DNA of 64,000 bases. It comes from an uncultured Methanomassiliicoccales archaeon. GTDB lineage: Archaea; Thermoplasmatota; Thermoplasmata; Methanomassiliicoccales; UBA472. The stretch spans positions 1,984,001 through 2,048,000 of the forward strand of contig OY968769.1 in the NCBI GenBank assembly GCA_963695345.1. The letters run 5' to 3'. The position numbers and the translations under genes are program-made. Positions 23,834-34,294 of the stretch are shown in pieces. The notes under the pieces were generated by a model. That model did not search any database, was not told where the DNA came from, and saw only the letters and a list, made by a program, of their open reading frames with translations. Within the stretch, counting starts at the first letter, position 1. Each line of letters starts with the position of its first letter.

Positions 23834-24886
23834 ATGCGCGTTCTCCATCAGGACCGGTTCAAGGGAGAGATCAAGGTGCAGATCGATGCGCCGGACGATC
23901 TTTGGCACCTCTACAACATCATTCAGATAGGAGACATCCTGGTCGCCTCCACCTACCGGCGCGATGAATCGGCCAAGGTCGACAAGGTCAGGGCGGAGCG
24001 TTCGGACAAGAAACGGATGGTCCTGGGCGTCAAGGTGGAGAAGATGGAGTTCCATGAGTTCGACATACGGTTAAGGGTTACCGGCGTCATCGTGGAAGGG
24101 GAACAGGACATCGGCTCCTACCACACCCTCAACCTCGAGGAGGGGGAGCAGGTCGCAATAGTCAAAACGGAATGGAAACCCTCCCAACTGGAACGGGTCC
24201 GCAGATCCGTGGAGGATTCAAGGAAACCGACAATCGTGTTCGTCGCCCTGGAGAACGATGAGGCGGTCATCGCGGTGATGAGGCAGGCCGGCATCCAGCG
24301 GGTGGCGGAGATAACCGGTCCGTCTGGCGGCAAGATGTACGAGCAGAAACCGTCCAACGAATACTACACCGAGGTGCTGGCGAAGCTCAAGCAGGTGGCG
24401 GTGGGCGGCGTTCCGGTGGTCATACTGGGGCCGGGTTTCGCCAAGGAGACGTTGCTCGAACTGGGCAAGGAGAAGGAACCGGAGATATTCGAGAAATCGT
24501 TCGTCTATCATACCGGCCAAGCCGGGATGACCGGCATCCATGAGCTGATGAAGCGAGGTCTTGGGAGCGAGGTGCTGAAGGACTCGCGCGTTGCCCAGGA
24601 GGTCAATCTGGTGGAGAAGGTGCTCGAGGAGATCGCTAAGGACGGGCCGGTGGCATATGGACCGAAGGAGGTCCGCCAGGCGGTGGAGGCAGGGGCGGTC
24701 GAGACCCTCCTGATCGTCGACAAAGTCGTACGTGACAAGGACTACGAGAGGATGATGAAGGCGGTCGAGGATCAAAGGGGTACGGTCGTGGTCGTCTCGG
24801 AGCATCACGAGGGGGGCAAGAAGCTCGATTCGATCGGCGGCATGGCGGCGCTGCTCCGGTATAGGATCGCCGCACCTTTAGGGTAA
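23834..24886 (+). CDS. pelA: Pelota ribosome rescue factor
   Basis: DDLWHLYNII, GSYHTLN, GPGFAKE, GGMAALLRY. Confidence 0.95.
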   Translation: MRVLHQDRFKGEIKVQIDAPDDLWHLYNIIQIGDILVASTYRRDESAKVDKVRAERSDKKRMVLGVKVEKMEFHEFDIRLRVTGVIVEGEQDIGSYHTLNLEEGEQVAIVKTEWKPSQLERVRRSVEDSRKPTIVFVALENDEAVIAVMRQAGIQRVAEITGPSGGKMYEQKPSNEYYTEVLAKLKQVAVGGVPVVILGPGFAKETLLELGKEKEPEIFEKSFVYHTGQAGMTGIHELMKRGLGSEVLKDSRVAQEVNLVEKVLEEIAKDGPVAYGPKEVRQAVEAGAVETLLIVDKVVRDKDYERMMKAVEDQRGTVVVVSEHHEGGKKLDSIGGMAALLRYRIAAPLG

Positions 24887-24911
24887 CTACCGAAACGAAG
24901 GCTTTCAGCCC

Positions 24912-26177
24912 TCATTTCACGCCATCGGCGGTTGCCTTCTTCTTTTCCTGCGGTTCATGCGATCTGAAACTGACATAGATCAAGATATCGTAAATTATCT
25001 TGACCCCGCCGGCGATGAAGAACGGGGCGCTGAGAAGGGAATTGTCGCTGAGAAGGAAGCCGGTAAATAGCAGCGCCACCGAGGAACCGACGGTCCTGGC
25101 AACCCCGGTTATACCTGCGGCAGCCGACCTTTCGTCCTCGCACACCACCGCTATCACGTACGCCTGCCTGGTAGGAACGTCCATCTGGGAGATGCTGAAC
25201 CGGAGCAGAAGGATAACCAGCGCCAGGCTGAAATCGGGCATCAATGGTACGAGCATAAGAAGTATGTTCGAGGGAATATGGGTATAGACCATCGTCCTGA
25301 TGAGCCCAATGCGTTTGGCCAACCAGACCGCCGATAGGGCAGATATGCCCGCCAGTATGTTGGCCATGAAGAAAACTGTACCCAAGGTCCCCGGGTCGGT
25401 GCCGAATCGGACAAAGAACCAGTACGCCAGGATGCTCTGGACGATGAATCCCCCTCCGAATGCGTCCATCGAGAACAGCGCGGAGAGCCTGAGCACCATC
25501 TTTTTTGAGCGGTGCAGACCGAATCGCCGCCTGATGCCGTCGGGTTTGACGGTCTTGACCTCCACACGGGAGGAGAGCCCAAGGAACAGTGTGACCAGCA
25601 CAGCACCGAAGATCGCATACCCGATGATGATCGAACGGTAGCTGTCAATGATGCTCATCCCTCCATTCTGCATGACCTGCGCGAACCAGCCGCCGGCCAG
25701 CGTCCCGGAGGCCATGGCGAAGGAGCCAAGCAGGTTGTACCAGGCGAATACCTTCGTCCGCTCTTCCTCGGGAACGATGTGGGAGAGCGAGGCCTGCTCA
25801 ATCGATAGGAATGGTCCGACCTCGTTGCCGGATGGGGAGATAACTCCGATAATTGCCGCCACCAGGATAACGGCGAAGTTATTGGTCAGGGCAAAGACAG
25901 CTCCGGCGAAGAGCATGAGGACGCCCCCGATCATCAGCATCTTCTTCCTGCCGAAGCGATCCGCCCGGGTGGTAATGAGCAGGGAGATGATCGTGTCTCC
26001 CACCAAGGTCAACGCCAGAAGCATTCCGACCTGGATATCGGTTAGTCCTATCTCGACAAGATAAAGCACCAGTACGATGGAAAGGAAACCATAGGCGAAC
26101 AGGCGGACACCTCTGGTCAAGAACAGGAGACCGCCGTCCCTCCCCAACCGTTGGTCTGGAGATTCTTTCGAGTCCAT
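24912..26177 (-). CDS. MFS transporter
   Basis: About 12 TM helices, ADRFGRKK motif A, SPSGNEVGPF, SQMDVPTRQAY. Confidence 0.9.
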   Translation of the reverse strand: MDSKESPDQRLGRDGGLLFLTRGVRLFAYGFLSIVLVLYLVEIGLTDIQVGMLLALTLVGDTIISLLITTRADRFGRKKMLMIGGVLMLFAGAVFALTNNFAVILVAAIIGVISPSGNEVGPFLSIEQASLSHIVPEEERTKVFAWYNLLGSFAMASGTLAGGWFAQVMQNGGMSIIDSYRSIIIGYAIFGAVLVTLFLGLSSRVEVKTVKPDGIRRRFGLHRSKKMVLRLSALFSMDAFGGGFIVQSILAYWFFVRFGTDPGTLGTVFFMANILAGISALSAVWLAKRIGLIRTMVYTHIPSNILLMLVPLMPDFSLALVILLLRFSISQMDVPTRQAYVIAVVCEDERSAAAGITGVARTVGSSVALLFTGFLLSDNSLLSAPFFIAGGVKIIYDILIYVSFRSHEPQEKKKATADGVK

Positions 26178-26340
26178 ATGCATTCCTGGTCTGAGGCCGG
26201 TCCGTTCTATGTATGTGAATTGACTGGGTGATATTAAATGAAAACCCGGCCGACCGCCAAGAGAACTGAAGGGCCTGGTTAGAGCCTTGACAGGAATCAA
26301 TATGCGTTGGCCAATCGGAGGTAATTATCCCATCATAATC

Positions 26341-26567
26341 CGAAAATCTTTAGTATGCCCCTTTTTATGGAGATAGGTCCGCATGACAGCTGGTATCACG
26401 ACAGTACTGTCCCCCAGGGGACTGCAAAAGGCCGGTAGTGTCGTTGATGGGGCGTTCCGAACTTATATCCATCAAACACTGGGGCGCTCGTTCAAACCAC
26501 GGTCATGCCCGTTGCCGGCCGGAAAGGCCGCATCGCCGGATCAGGTCCAGGTAGGAAGGGAAAATAG
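26341..26567 (+). promoter_or_regulatory. Promoter and long structured 5' leader (candidate cis-regulatory RNA)
   Basis: CGAAAATC-TTTAGTA (26341-26355) followed by a three-way-junction fold at 26381-26508 with an alternative pairing. Confidence 0.5.
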
Positions 26568-27746
26568 ATGATGAACAGGGACGAAGTACTTGCCAAATTG
26601 AACCAGCACCAACTAGTAATCTGCGACACCACCTTGAGAGATGGAGAGCAGGCCGCTGGAATAGTCTTCGCTAACCTGGAGAAGATACGCATCGCAAAGC
26701 TCCTGGACGAGGTCGGGGTACAGCAGATAGAGGCAGGCATCCCGGCCATGGGAGGGGACGAGAAGGCAGCGGTCAAGGACATCGCGCACCTCGGGCTGAA
26801 CGCATCCGTGCTGGGATGGAACCGGGCCAACCCGGCCGATATCGCGCATTCCATCGATTGCGACGTCGATTCGGTCGCCATCTCGATGTCGTCGTCGGAT
26901 ATCCACATCGAGCACAAGCTCATGAAGACCAGGGAATGGGTCATTGAGAAGCTGGTCGAATCCATCGAGTACGCCAAGGCGCATGGTCTGTACATATCGG
27001 CCAACGCAGAGGACGCGTCCCGGGCCGACAAGGACTTCATTATCACGTTCGCCAAGGCGGCCAAGGAGGCCGGGGCGGACCGTTTCCGGTATTGCGATAC
27101 CCTGGGAATTCTCGAGCCGCGCCGGACATATGATGAGATCAAGAGGATCATCGAGGAGGCCAAGATCGACGTGGAGATGCATACCCACAACGATTTCGGC
27201 ATGGCCACCGCGAACGCGCTGGCGGGCGTCCAGGCCGGTGCTAAGGTCGTATCCACCACCGTCCTCGGTATCGGCGAGCGCACCGGCAACACTCCCATGG
27301 AGGAGATCGCCATGGTGGGCAAGCACATACTGAAGATGGACACAAATTTCGACACCTCCCGGTTCGTCGAGGTCTCGGGTTATGTGGCCCGTGCGGCCGG
27401 CAGGGACATACCGGCCTGGAAGCCGATCGTGGGCTGCAACTGCTTCGCGCACGAGGCGGGCATCCACACCGACGGGGTCATCAAGTATTTCTCCAACTAC
27501 GAGCCGTACACGCCGGAAGAGGTCGGCCTCACACGCAAGATCATCATCGGCAAGCACTCCGGCCGTCACACCCTGAAGCAGGTGTTGGCGAAGCGCGGGT
27601 ATGAGATCGACGATGATGTCGCCGGCATCCTGCTGGAGCATGTCCGGGCGAACTCGGTCGCCTTGAAGCGCAGCATCACCGAGAACGAGCTTGTCTACAT
27701 CTATCTGGATTACCGGGCTAGCATACCAGGTAACAATGTCGAGTGA
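26568..27746 (+). CDS. Homocitrate synthase (NifV/AksA family)
   Basis: DTTLRDGEQ, HTHNDFGMATANAL, GIGERTGN, FAHEAGIH, GKHSG. No LeuA regulatory domain. Confidence 0.88.
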   Translation: MMNRDEVLAKLNQHQLVICDTTLRDGEQAAGIVFANLEKIRIAKLLDEVGVQQIEAGIPAMGGDEKAAVKDIAHLGLNASVLGWNRANPADIAHSIDCDVDSVAISMSSSDIHIEHKLMKTREWVIEKLVESIEYAKAHGLYISANAEDASRADKDFIITFAKAAKEAGADRFRYCDTLGILEPRRTYDEIKRIIEEAKIDVEMHTHNDFGMATANALAGVQAGAKVVSTTVLGIGERTGNTPMEEIAMVGKHILKMDTNFDTSRFVEVSGYVARAAGRDIPAWKPIVGCNCFAHEAGIHTDGVIKYFSNYEPYTPEEVGLTRKIIIGKHSGRHTLKQVLAKRGYEIDDDVAGILLEHVRANSVALKRSITENELVYIYLDYRASIPGNNVE

Positions 27747-27766
27747 AGATTCAAGGAGCGGTTAAA

Positions 27767-29018
27767 ATGGGCACAATGTCAGAGGAAATCCTTTCAGCGC
27801 ACGTGGGAAAGAAGGTCAAGGCCGGCGACATAGTCGTCGCCCCGGTGGACTTCATGATGTCCCAGGACGGCACGACCGGGCTCACGATCAAAGCGTTCAA
27901 CGACATGGGCGGGAAGAAGATACTGGACCCGTCGAAGTACGCCATCGTCATCGACCACAATGCCCCCTCTCCGTTGGAGGGGGTTTCCAACATCCATAAG
28001 CAGATGAGGGAGTTCGCCTCGAAGTACGGCGCCAAGCTGTACGACGTCGGTGACGGCGTCTGCCACGTCCTGGTCCCGGAATCGGGAAGGGCCTTGCCGG
28101 GGACGATCATAATCGGCGCCGATTCGCACACCTGCACCTACGGCGCGCTGAACTCGTTCGCCACCGGTGTCGGAAGCACCGACATGGCCGCCGCGCTGAT
28201 AAGCGGCAAGATGTGGTTCAAGGTACCGGAAACTATCAAACTGGTCTATAATGGCAAGCTGCAGGACGGAGTCTATTCCAAGGATGTCGCCCTGCATATG
28301 GTCGGTACGCTCACCGCGAACGGCGCCACATACAAGGCGCTCGAGCTCTACGGGGATATCATCGATAACATGTCGGTCGAGGCCAGAATGACAATATCCA
28401 ATCTTGCGGTGGAGACCGGTGCCAAGGTCGGGTTGATGCGCTGCGACAAGAAGACCGATGCCTACCTGAAGGGGAGGGCGGAGGCAAAATACGCCCCGGT
28501 GGTCTGCTTCTGACGACGCTAAGTATGAGCGTGTGGTCGAGGAGGACCTATCCGATATGCCACCGCAGATAGCCTGTCCGCCGGACGTGGACAATGTCGT
28601 ACCGATCAACAAGGTGGAAGGGCTCAAGCTGGACCAGATATTCATCGGCACCTGCACCAACGGTAGGGGCGAGGACCTGGAGATCGCCGCCAAGATACTG
28701 GACGGCAAGCAGGTCTCCAAGAGCCTAAGGCTGCTGGTGGCGCCCGCTTCCAGGGAGATATACCTGAACGCTCTGCACGATGGAACGGTGGAAACGCTGG
28801 TCAAGGCAGGCGCCATCATGATGACCCCATCCTGCGGTCCGTGCGTGGGAACCTGCAATGGCATCCCGTCCGACGCGGAGAATGTTCTCTCGACGGCAAA
28901 CCGCAATTTCAAGGGACGCATGGGCAACATCAAGGCGGACATATACCTCGCGTCACCGGCGACCGCGGCCTATTCCGCCATAAAAGGTTGCATTGCCGAC
29001 CCCAGGGAGGTGCTGTAA
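27767..29018 (+). CDS. Homoaconitase / isopropylmalate isomerase large subunit (frameshift ~28505)
   Basis: DHN, GVCH, GADSHTCTYG, IGTCTNGR, CGPCVG, NRNFKGRMG. Confidence 0.9.
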
Positions 29019-29520
29019 ATGGAGTAGCCAAGGAAAGGCACACGTCTTCGGTAAGAACATCAACACCGACTACATCATTGCCGGCAAGTACAAGTTCAAG
29101 AGCCTGGACATGAAGGATTTGTCGACGCACCTGATGGAGGACCTGCGCCCCGGTTTCTACAAGGAGATCGAGCAGGGCGACTTCATCGTGGCCGGGGAGA
29201 ACTTCGGCATGGGTTCCAGCCGCGAACAGGCTCCATTGGTGATACAGGCGGCCGGATGCTCGGCGGTCATCGCCAAGTCGTTCGCCAGGATTTTTTACCG
29301 CAACTGCATCAACGTGGGATTGCCGCTGATCGAGTGCGACACCTCCGGGATCGAGGAGGGCGACGTCCTGAAGGTCGATCTGGAGAAAGGCATCGTCCAT
29401 AATCTGACCAAGGGCAAGGAGATCAAGACGACCCCGTTACCGAAGGTCATGGTCAAGATCCTCAGCGAGGGCGGTCTGGCCGAGCATTTCAAGAAACACG
29501 GCGGGTTCAACCTGGATTGA
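29019..29520 (+). CDS. Homoaconitase / isopropylmalate isomerase small subunit (+1 indel at ~29027)
   Basis: [35 protein letters not shown](G)C CAA restores MEYQGKAH. Confidence 0.9.
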
Positions 29521-29534
29521 AAACTCTAAAACCT

Positions 29535-29578
29535 ATGTCGGGCAGAGCAATGATGTCTCTGCCAGATATTTCATTTTA
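29535..29578. terminator. Hairpin between convergent genes
   Basis: GGCAGAG (29541-47) / CTCTGCC (29557-63) followed by a T-rich tract. Confidence 0.4.
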
Positions 29579-29603
29579 TACGCTGGGAAGAATCCGAATC
29601 AGG

Positions 29604-30080
29604 TTAGGGTTGGATGAGTGATATGAACTCTTCAACCTTTTTCTGCCAGCCTTCCTCCAAGGGTCCCTTCAGACCGGTCACCAGCACCTTTCCTTCAGCG
29701 ACCTTCTGCAAACCTTTGGACTGTAGCAGCTCGTTCATAATCGGTATGATGCGCTGCCACTTGGCCATTTCTTCTTCGGTGGGCATCTGGCCGGTCTTCT
29801 TGTTCGGCTGGGGGGCCCCCTGGGTGGTCAATATGGCATATTTGGTCCCGGAAGGCAGGTTGATCTTTTTCAGGAAACGGCGGACGCTCCCGATGGGTTT
29901 CCCTATCCTCCCCGGTGAGCTGAATACGTACAGATCGGCTGCTGCTAGCTCTTTCGGTCTAACGTCCCTGATGTGATGAATGTTCACGGTGGATCCCTTC
30001 GCTTCCATGAGTTTCTTGAACTCCGCAGCAACGATCTCACCGTTTCCGTATTTCGACGCGTGATAGTACTCGATCTTCAT
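29604..30080 (-). CDS. Flavodoxin-like protein
   Basis: YHASKYGNGEIVA, DLYVFSSP, GPLEEGWQKK. Confidence 0.8.
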   Translation of the reverse strand: MKIEYYHASKYGNGEIVAAEFKKLMEAKGSTVNIHHIRDVRPKELAAADLYVFSSPGRIGKPIGSVRRFLKKINLPSGTKYAILTTQGAPQPNKKTGQMPTEEEMAKWQRIIPIMNELLQSKGLQKVAEGKVLVTGLKGPLEEGWQKKVEEFISLIQP

Positions 30081-30256
30081 CGCAAACCCCCACTAATATA
30101 TGATGTGCTCTGATATTAATTGTTAGCCCTTTGCGCTACATCTTCGAGACCTCAACACAAGAAATGACCGATGGTTCATCGATGTCCATTCTACATGGTC
30201 TAATGTGATGTCCCAATGAAATTATTCCGGCAATGGAACGGAACAAGCGACCAATG

Positions 30257-31270
30257 TCACTCCTTCTTGTTCATCGCTCCGTTAATGGCGATCTCGGCGA
30301 TGTCCATGGAGTACATGGTGGTCCTGATTATCGAATCTATGACATTGGTCGCGACGACCGCGGTCTTGTTGGATGGCAAACGAATCTCCGTGCTCAACTT
30401 CTCCAAGCTTGCCACCAGGGCATTTCCCGCATCGATCGCCGCATTCGCCGCTCCGATATCCTTGAGGAAGAACGCTTCGATCGACCGATCAAGGACCTCC
30501 ATTGATCTGGCTGACAATGCCAATATGGAATCCAGGTCCTCCATCTTGACTTTTGCCTCTGTAGCGATCACCGCGTTCTTTGCGATCTTTTCGGCATGAT
30601 CGCCAATACGCTCGACCCCCCTGGCCACCAGCATGAGGTTCATTCCTTCGTAGATATCAACGCCAATACGTTCCCCGAGCTTGCGATCCTTGATGATGAG
30701 GTTATACTGCTTCACTGCCATCCAGTATAGACGGTCTACATCGGCGTCACGATCGACGATGTCATGCGCCATCTCTACGTCTCGGTCCCTGAGGGCTTCC
30801 ATGGCGTCCTTGTGCATCGAGCTTACGATCAGATGCATCCTACGGACGCACTTTTCCTGTGGCAGTTCCACCGGGTCGGAAAGGTCGTGCATCACCACAC
30901 TGTTACTTGTCTCCTCGATCACCTCCGGCCCGATGACCAGCCTAGCGAAGTCCTTGATCGCATGTTTTATGTCGTGGTCGATGCGGTCTTTGGACCGGAC
31001 CTCAATGATATTGAATCCGGCAAGATAAGCGCCGATGAGTTTTCTTGTCAGATGTTCTTCCGATTCTTCTTTCTCAATGCGGATCGTCCGCCTTGCAGGT
31101 TCCTTCTTCCTGTCACTCCGGGGATCGACCGACACCGTCCCGTCCGGCATCACCTGCATGCTTACCGAATCCCCAGCCTTGAGCCCTTGTGAGATGATCC
31201 AGTCCTTCGGCAATGAGACCGTCATGGTCGAGGCCCCGGTCTTCTGAATCCTACGTATGTCCACTGACAT
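30257..31270 (-). CDS. AbrB-PhoU phosphate uptake regulator
   Basis: RRIQKTGASTMTVSLPKDW (AbrB-like) plus PhoU motifs DADVDRLY and ERIGDHA. Confidence 0.9.
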   Translation of the reverse strand: MSVDIRRIQKTGASTMTVSLPKDWIISQGLKAGDSVSMQVMPDGTVSVDPRSDRKKEPARRTIRIEKEESEEHLTRKLIGAYLAGFNIIEVRSKDRIDHDIKHAIKDFARLVIGPEVIEETSNSVVMHDLSDPVELPQEKCVRRMHLIVSSMHKDAMEALRDRDVEMAHDIVDRDADVDRLYWMAVKQYNLIIKDRKLGERIGVDIYEGMNLMLVARGVERIGDHAEKIAKNAVIATEAKVKMEDLDSILALSARSMEVLDRSIEAFFLKDIGAANAAIDAGNALVASLEKLSTEIRLPSNKTAVVATNVIDSIIRTTMYSMDIAEIAINGAMNKKE

Positions 31271-31289
31271 TCACCTCTTCTACCCTTAG

Positions 31290-31546
31290 TATGTAATATC
31301 AAGGTATTGTATTTACAATATATACTATACTTACATGAATATATACAAATTATGTGAATATGTTCTATTTCGATTATCCATATAAACTCGACCTCACTGT
31401 GTTGAAATGACAGATGATGCCGGAACGGAGAACAAGAGATCATCGGCGGACTTGTGCGGTGGCCTATCCATTGTCGAGGCTTGATGTAAGTCCAAGAGGT
31501 CCATATTCTCCGATCCGTGCGGATATCTGCGAACACGGTGATACAA
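31290..31546 (+). promoter_or_regulatory. AT-rich divergent promoter with AATAT repeats and a hairpin leader of pstS
   Basis: AATAT at 31295, 31317, 31338 and 31357; TATA-like CATATAAA 31379-86; long stem 31411-31529; GGTGA 31537. Confidence 0.55.
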
Positions 31547-33289
31547 ATGGAAAAGAAGAACATGTACCTGGCCATTGCTGTCGTGGCCATCATAATTATC
31601 GCCGGGGTCGGTTTTGCGTTGTTGAACAACAACAATTCAACTGCTCCGGCATCGACGGTGACGATCAAACAGAAGGGGTCGGACACCATGCTTGAATTGA
31701 GCCAACTTTGGTCTGAGGCCTACCACGAGAACAACACAAATGTTAACGTGGATGTTTCCGGAGGTGGGAGCGGAGTAGGTATCCAGGCATTGATGGATAA
31801 CAGGGTCGACATCGCTCAGTCCTCCAGGGCCATGACCGCTTCTGAAAAAGAGAACATGACGGCATCGGGCAGAACTCCTCTCGAGATATCGGTCGCTGTC
31901 GACGGTATCGCCATCATCCTCAACAGTGCGAACGGCGTGACGTCCCTGACCATGAACCAGCTGAAGGGCCTGTACAACGGGTCGATCACCAACTGGAACC
32001 AGGTCGGCGGAGTTGACAAGACGGTCACTCTCTACGGCAGGCAGTCGACGTCTGGCACCTACCAGTACTTCCAAGAGGTCGTCCTGAGCAAGGGCAACTA
32101 CTCGGTCAACATGAACATGCTCCAGGGTAACTCGGCAATCGTCGAGGCGGTCAAGGGAGATTCATCGGCCATCGGATATGTCGGCATCGGATATGCCAAA
32201 GAGGCGACCGGAATCAGCATCATCACGGTATCAAAGACCTCCACCACGACCGCATATTCGCCATTGAACGAGTCGGCAGTGCTGAATGGCAACTACCCTC
32301 TGGCCCGGTACCTGTTCCTCTACACGAACGGAGTCCCGTCGACAGATGTGAACAATTTCCTTCTCTGGGTGATCTCCGCCACCAAGGGACAGACGATCGC
32401 AGAATCCTCCGGGTTCTACGCCATCCCGCAGAACGTGATGGAGGACAACATCGTGAAACTGGGAGGTACACCGACCGCGGTCACCTTGAAACAGACCGGA
32501 TCGGACACGATGCTGGAACTGTGCCAGATATGGTCAGAGGACTTCCACACCAACTACACCTGGATCAACGTCGAGGTCAGCGGTGGAGGCAGCGGAAAGG
32601 GCATCAGCGACTTCAAGGCGGGCACCAACGACATGGCCCAGGCATCCAGAGGAATAACTGCCCAGGAGAGGACCGATGCCATCGCCGCGGGAAGGAACCC
32701 GGTCGAGTTCAAGGTAGCCTTGGACGGGATCGCCATCGTAGTGAACGCCGCGAACGGCGTGACATCCCTGACCATGGACCAGCTGAAGGGCCTGTACAAC
32801 GGGTCGATCACCAACTGGAACCAGGTCGGCGGGGTTGACAAGACGGTCACTCTCTACGGCAGGCAGACCACATCCGGTACCTACCTGTACTTCCAAGAGG
32901 TCGTCCTGAGCAAGGGCAACTACTCGGTCAACATGAACATGCTCCAGGGCAACTCGGCCATCGTCGAGGCGGTCAAGACCGACCAGAGCGGAATCGGTTA
33001 CGTCGGGATCGGATATGCCAAGCAGTCTTCGGGAATCAACGTCCTGAACCTGCAGCACAACGCGACCTCCGAGGCATATTCCCCACTGAACGACACCGCC
33101 GTCCTGAGCTTCAAGTACGATCTCTCCAGGTACTTGTACATCTACACGGACGGAGCACCGACCGGGGCGGAGAAGAGATGGCTCAGCTGGATCCTGGACG
33201 CCAACAGCGGACAGAAGATTTCGGCAGACGTCGGATTCATAGGGATGCCGGCGGAGACCATTGCGGCCATGAAGGCACAGCTAGGGTAA
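31547..33289 (+). CDS. pstS: Phosphate ABC transporter binding protein with two tandem PstS units
   Basis: Two copies each of GSDTM, GGGSG, R..SGTY and YPLARYL/YDLSRYL. N-terminal membrane anchor. Confidence 0.93.
   Translation: MEKKNMYLAIAVVAIIIIAGVGFALLNNNNSTAPASTVTIKQKGSDTMLELSQLWSEAYHENNTNVNVDVSGGGSGVGIQALMDNRVDIAQSSRAMTASEKENMTASGRTPLEISVAVDGIAIILNSANGVTSLTMNQLKGLYNGSITNWNQVGGVDKTVTLYGRQSTSGTYQYFQEVVLSKGNYSVNMNMLQGNSAIVEAVKGDSSAIGYVGIGYAKEATGISIITVSKTSTTTAYSPLNESAVLNGNYPLARYLFLYTNGVPSTDVNNFLLWVISATKGQTIAESSGFYAIPQNVMEDNIVKLGGTPTAVTLKQTGSDTMLELCQIWSEDFHTNYTWINVEVSGGGSGKGISDFKAGTNDMAQASRGITAQERTDAIAAGRNPVEFKVALDGIAIVVNAANGVTSLTMDQLKGLYNGSITNWNQVGGVDKTVTLYGRQTTSGTYLYFQEVVLSKGNYSVNMNMLQGNSAIVEAVKTDQSGIGYVGIGYAKQSSGINVLNLQHNATSEAYSPLNDTAVLSFKYDLSRYLYIYTDGAPTGAEKRWLSWILDANSGQKISADVGFIGMPAETIAAMKAQLG
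31928..32977 (+). repeat. 228-bp direct repeat inside pstS (31928-32155 / 32750-32977)
   Basis: Manual alignment gives about 11 mismatches in 228 nt. Confidence 0.9.
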
Positions 33290-33375
33290 ACCCAAATAGA
33301 AAATATCCAACGGGAAACACATTCCCAAACCTTTTCCCTCATTTACCTTTCATATAATCACACCCAGGCTACATC

Positions 33376-34294
33376 ATGGCACAGAAACTCAGGAAGAAGA
33401 AACGATTCGCCCGGAAAGGGTCGGTCAAGGAGTACCTGATCGAGAAAGGACTGGCCCTAGTGGCACTTATCTCCGTCGCGTTCTTGGCCATGGTCTTCTA
33501 TGTGCTGCTGGCAGGGGCCATTCCCGCCTTCAACACGGTCAATGTATTCGATTTCCTGTTCGGAACGGTATGGAACCCGGCTAACCCTGATTTCCCGCTC
33601 TATGGCATATTGCCATTGTTCATGGGAACAGTGCTTGGTCAGCCTGGGTGCGGCATTGATCGCCATTCCCATCGGCATCGGATGCACCATCTACCTGGCC
33701 GAGCTGGCCCACCCGAGGATCAAGGCGGTCTTCAAGCCGGCCATCGAGGTGCTGGCTGGAATACCCTCAGTCATCTACGGGTTCTTCGCTTTGGTGATCC
33801 TGTCGACATGGTTGTTCGACATCTTTCAACCGATGTCGAAGCTCAACGCGCTCAACGGGGCGATCATTCTCGCGGTGATGATGATCCCTATCATGGTCTC
33901 GGTCGCCGAGGATGCCATGAACGCGGTTCCCAGGCACCTCCGGGAGGCATCCTATGCCCTAGGTGCGACGAAATGGGAGACGATACGCGGAGTGGTCATA
34001 CCTGCCAGTCTGTCCGGGATAATTGCGGCCATTATACTGGCCATCGGCAGGGCGGTCGGAGAGACGATGACCGTTCTGATGGCGACCGGTAACGCGCCGA
34101 AACTGACCACGGACTTCTTCTCCTCGGTCCAGACAATGACTGCGTCGATAGCCATTGATTTCGGGGAGGTAGCCTTCAACAGCACGCACTATCACGTTCT
34201 GTTCGCCATCGGTGTCGTTCTGTTTGCCATGACCTTCGTGATCAACTCCATCGCCGACTATATCCTGGTGAGGTTCTCGGAGGAATACAAATGA
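33376..34294 (+). CDS. pstC: Phosphate ABC permease (frameshift ~33635)
   Basis: LAGIPSVIYGFF, EASYALGATKWE, GRAVGETM. Confidence 0.93.

Noticed and set aside
26381-26567. Match to c-di-GMP-I, cobalamin, lysine riboswitch or SRP RNA
   Set aside because: Only short resemblances (GGGACTGCAAA, CAGGTCC..GGAAGG). The required conserved cores are missing.
29019-29030. ATG GAG TAG as a pyrrolysine codon
   Set aside because: Read-through stays out of frame and soon hits TAA. Removing one G restores MEYQGKAH.
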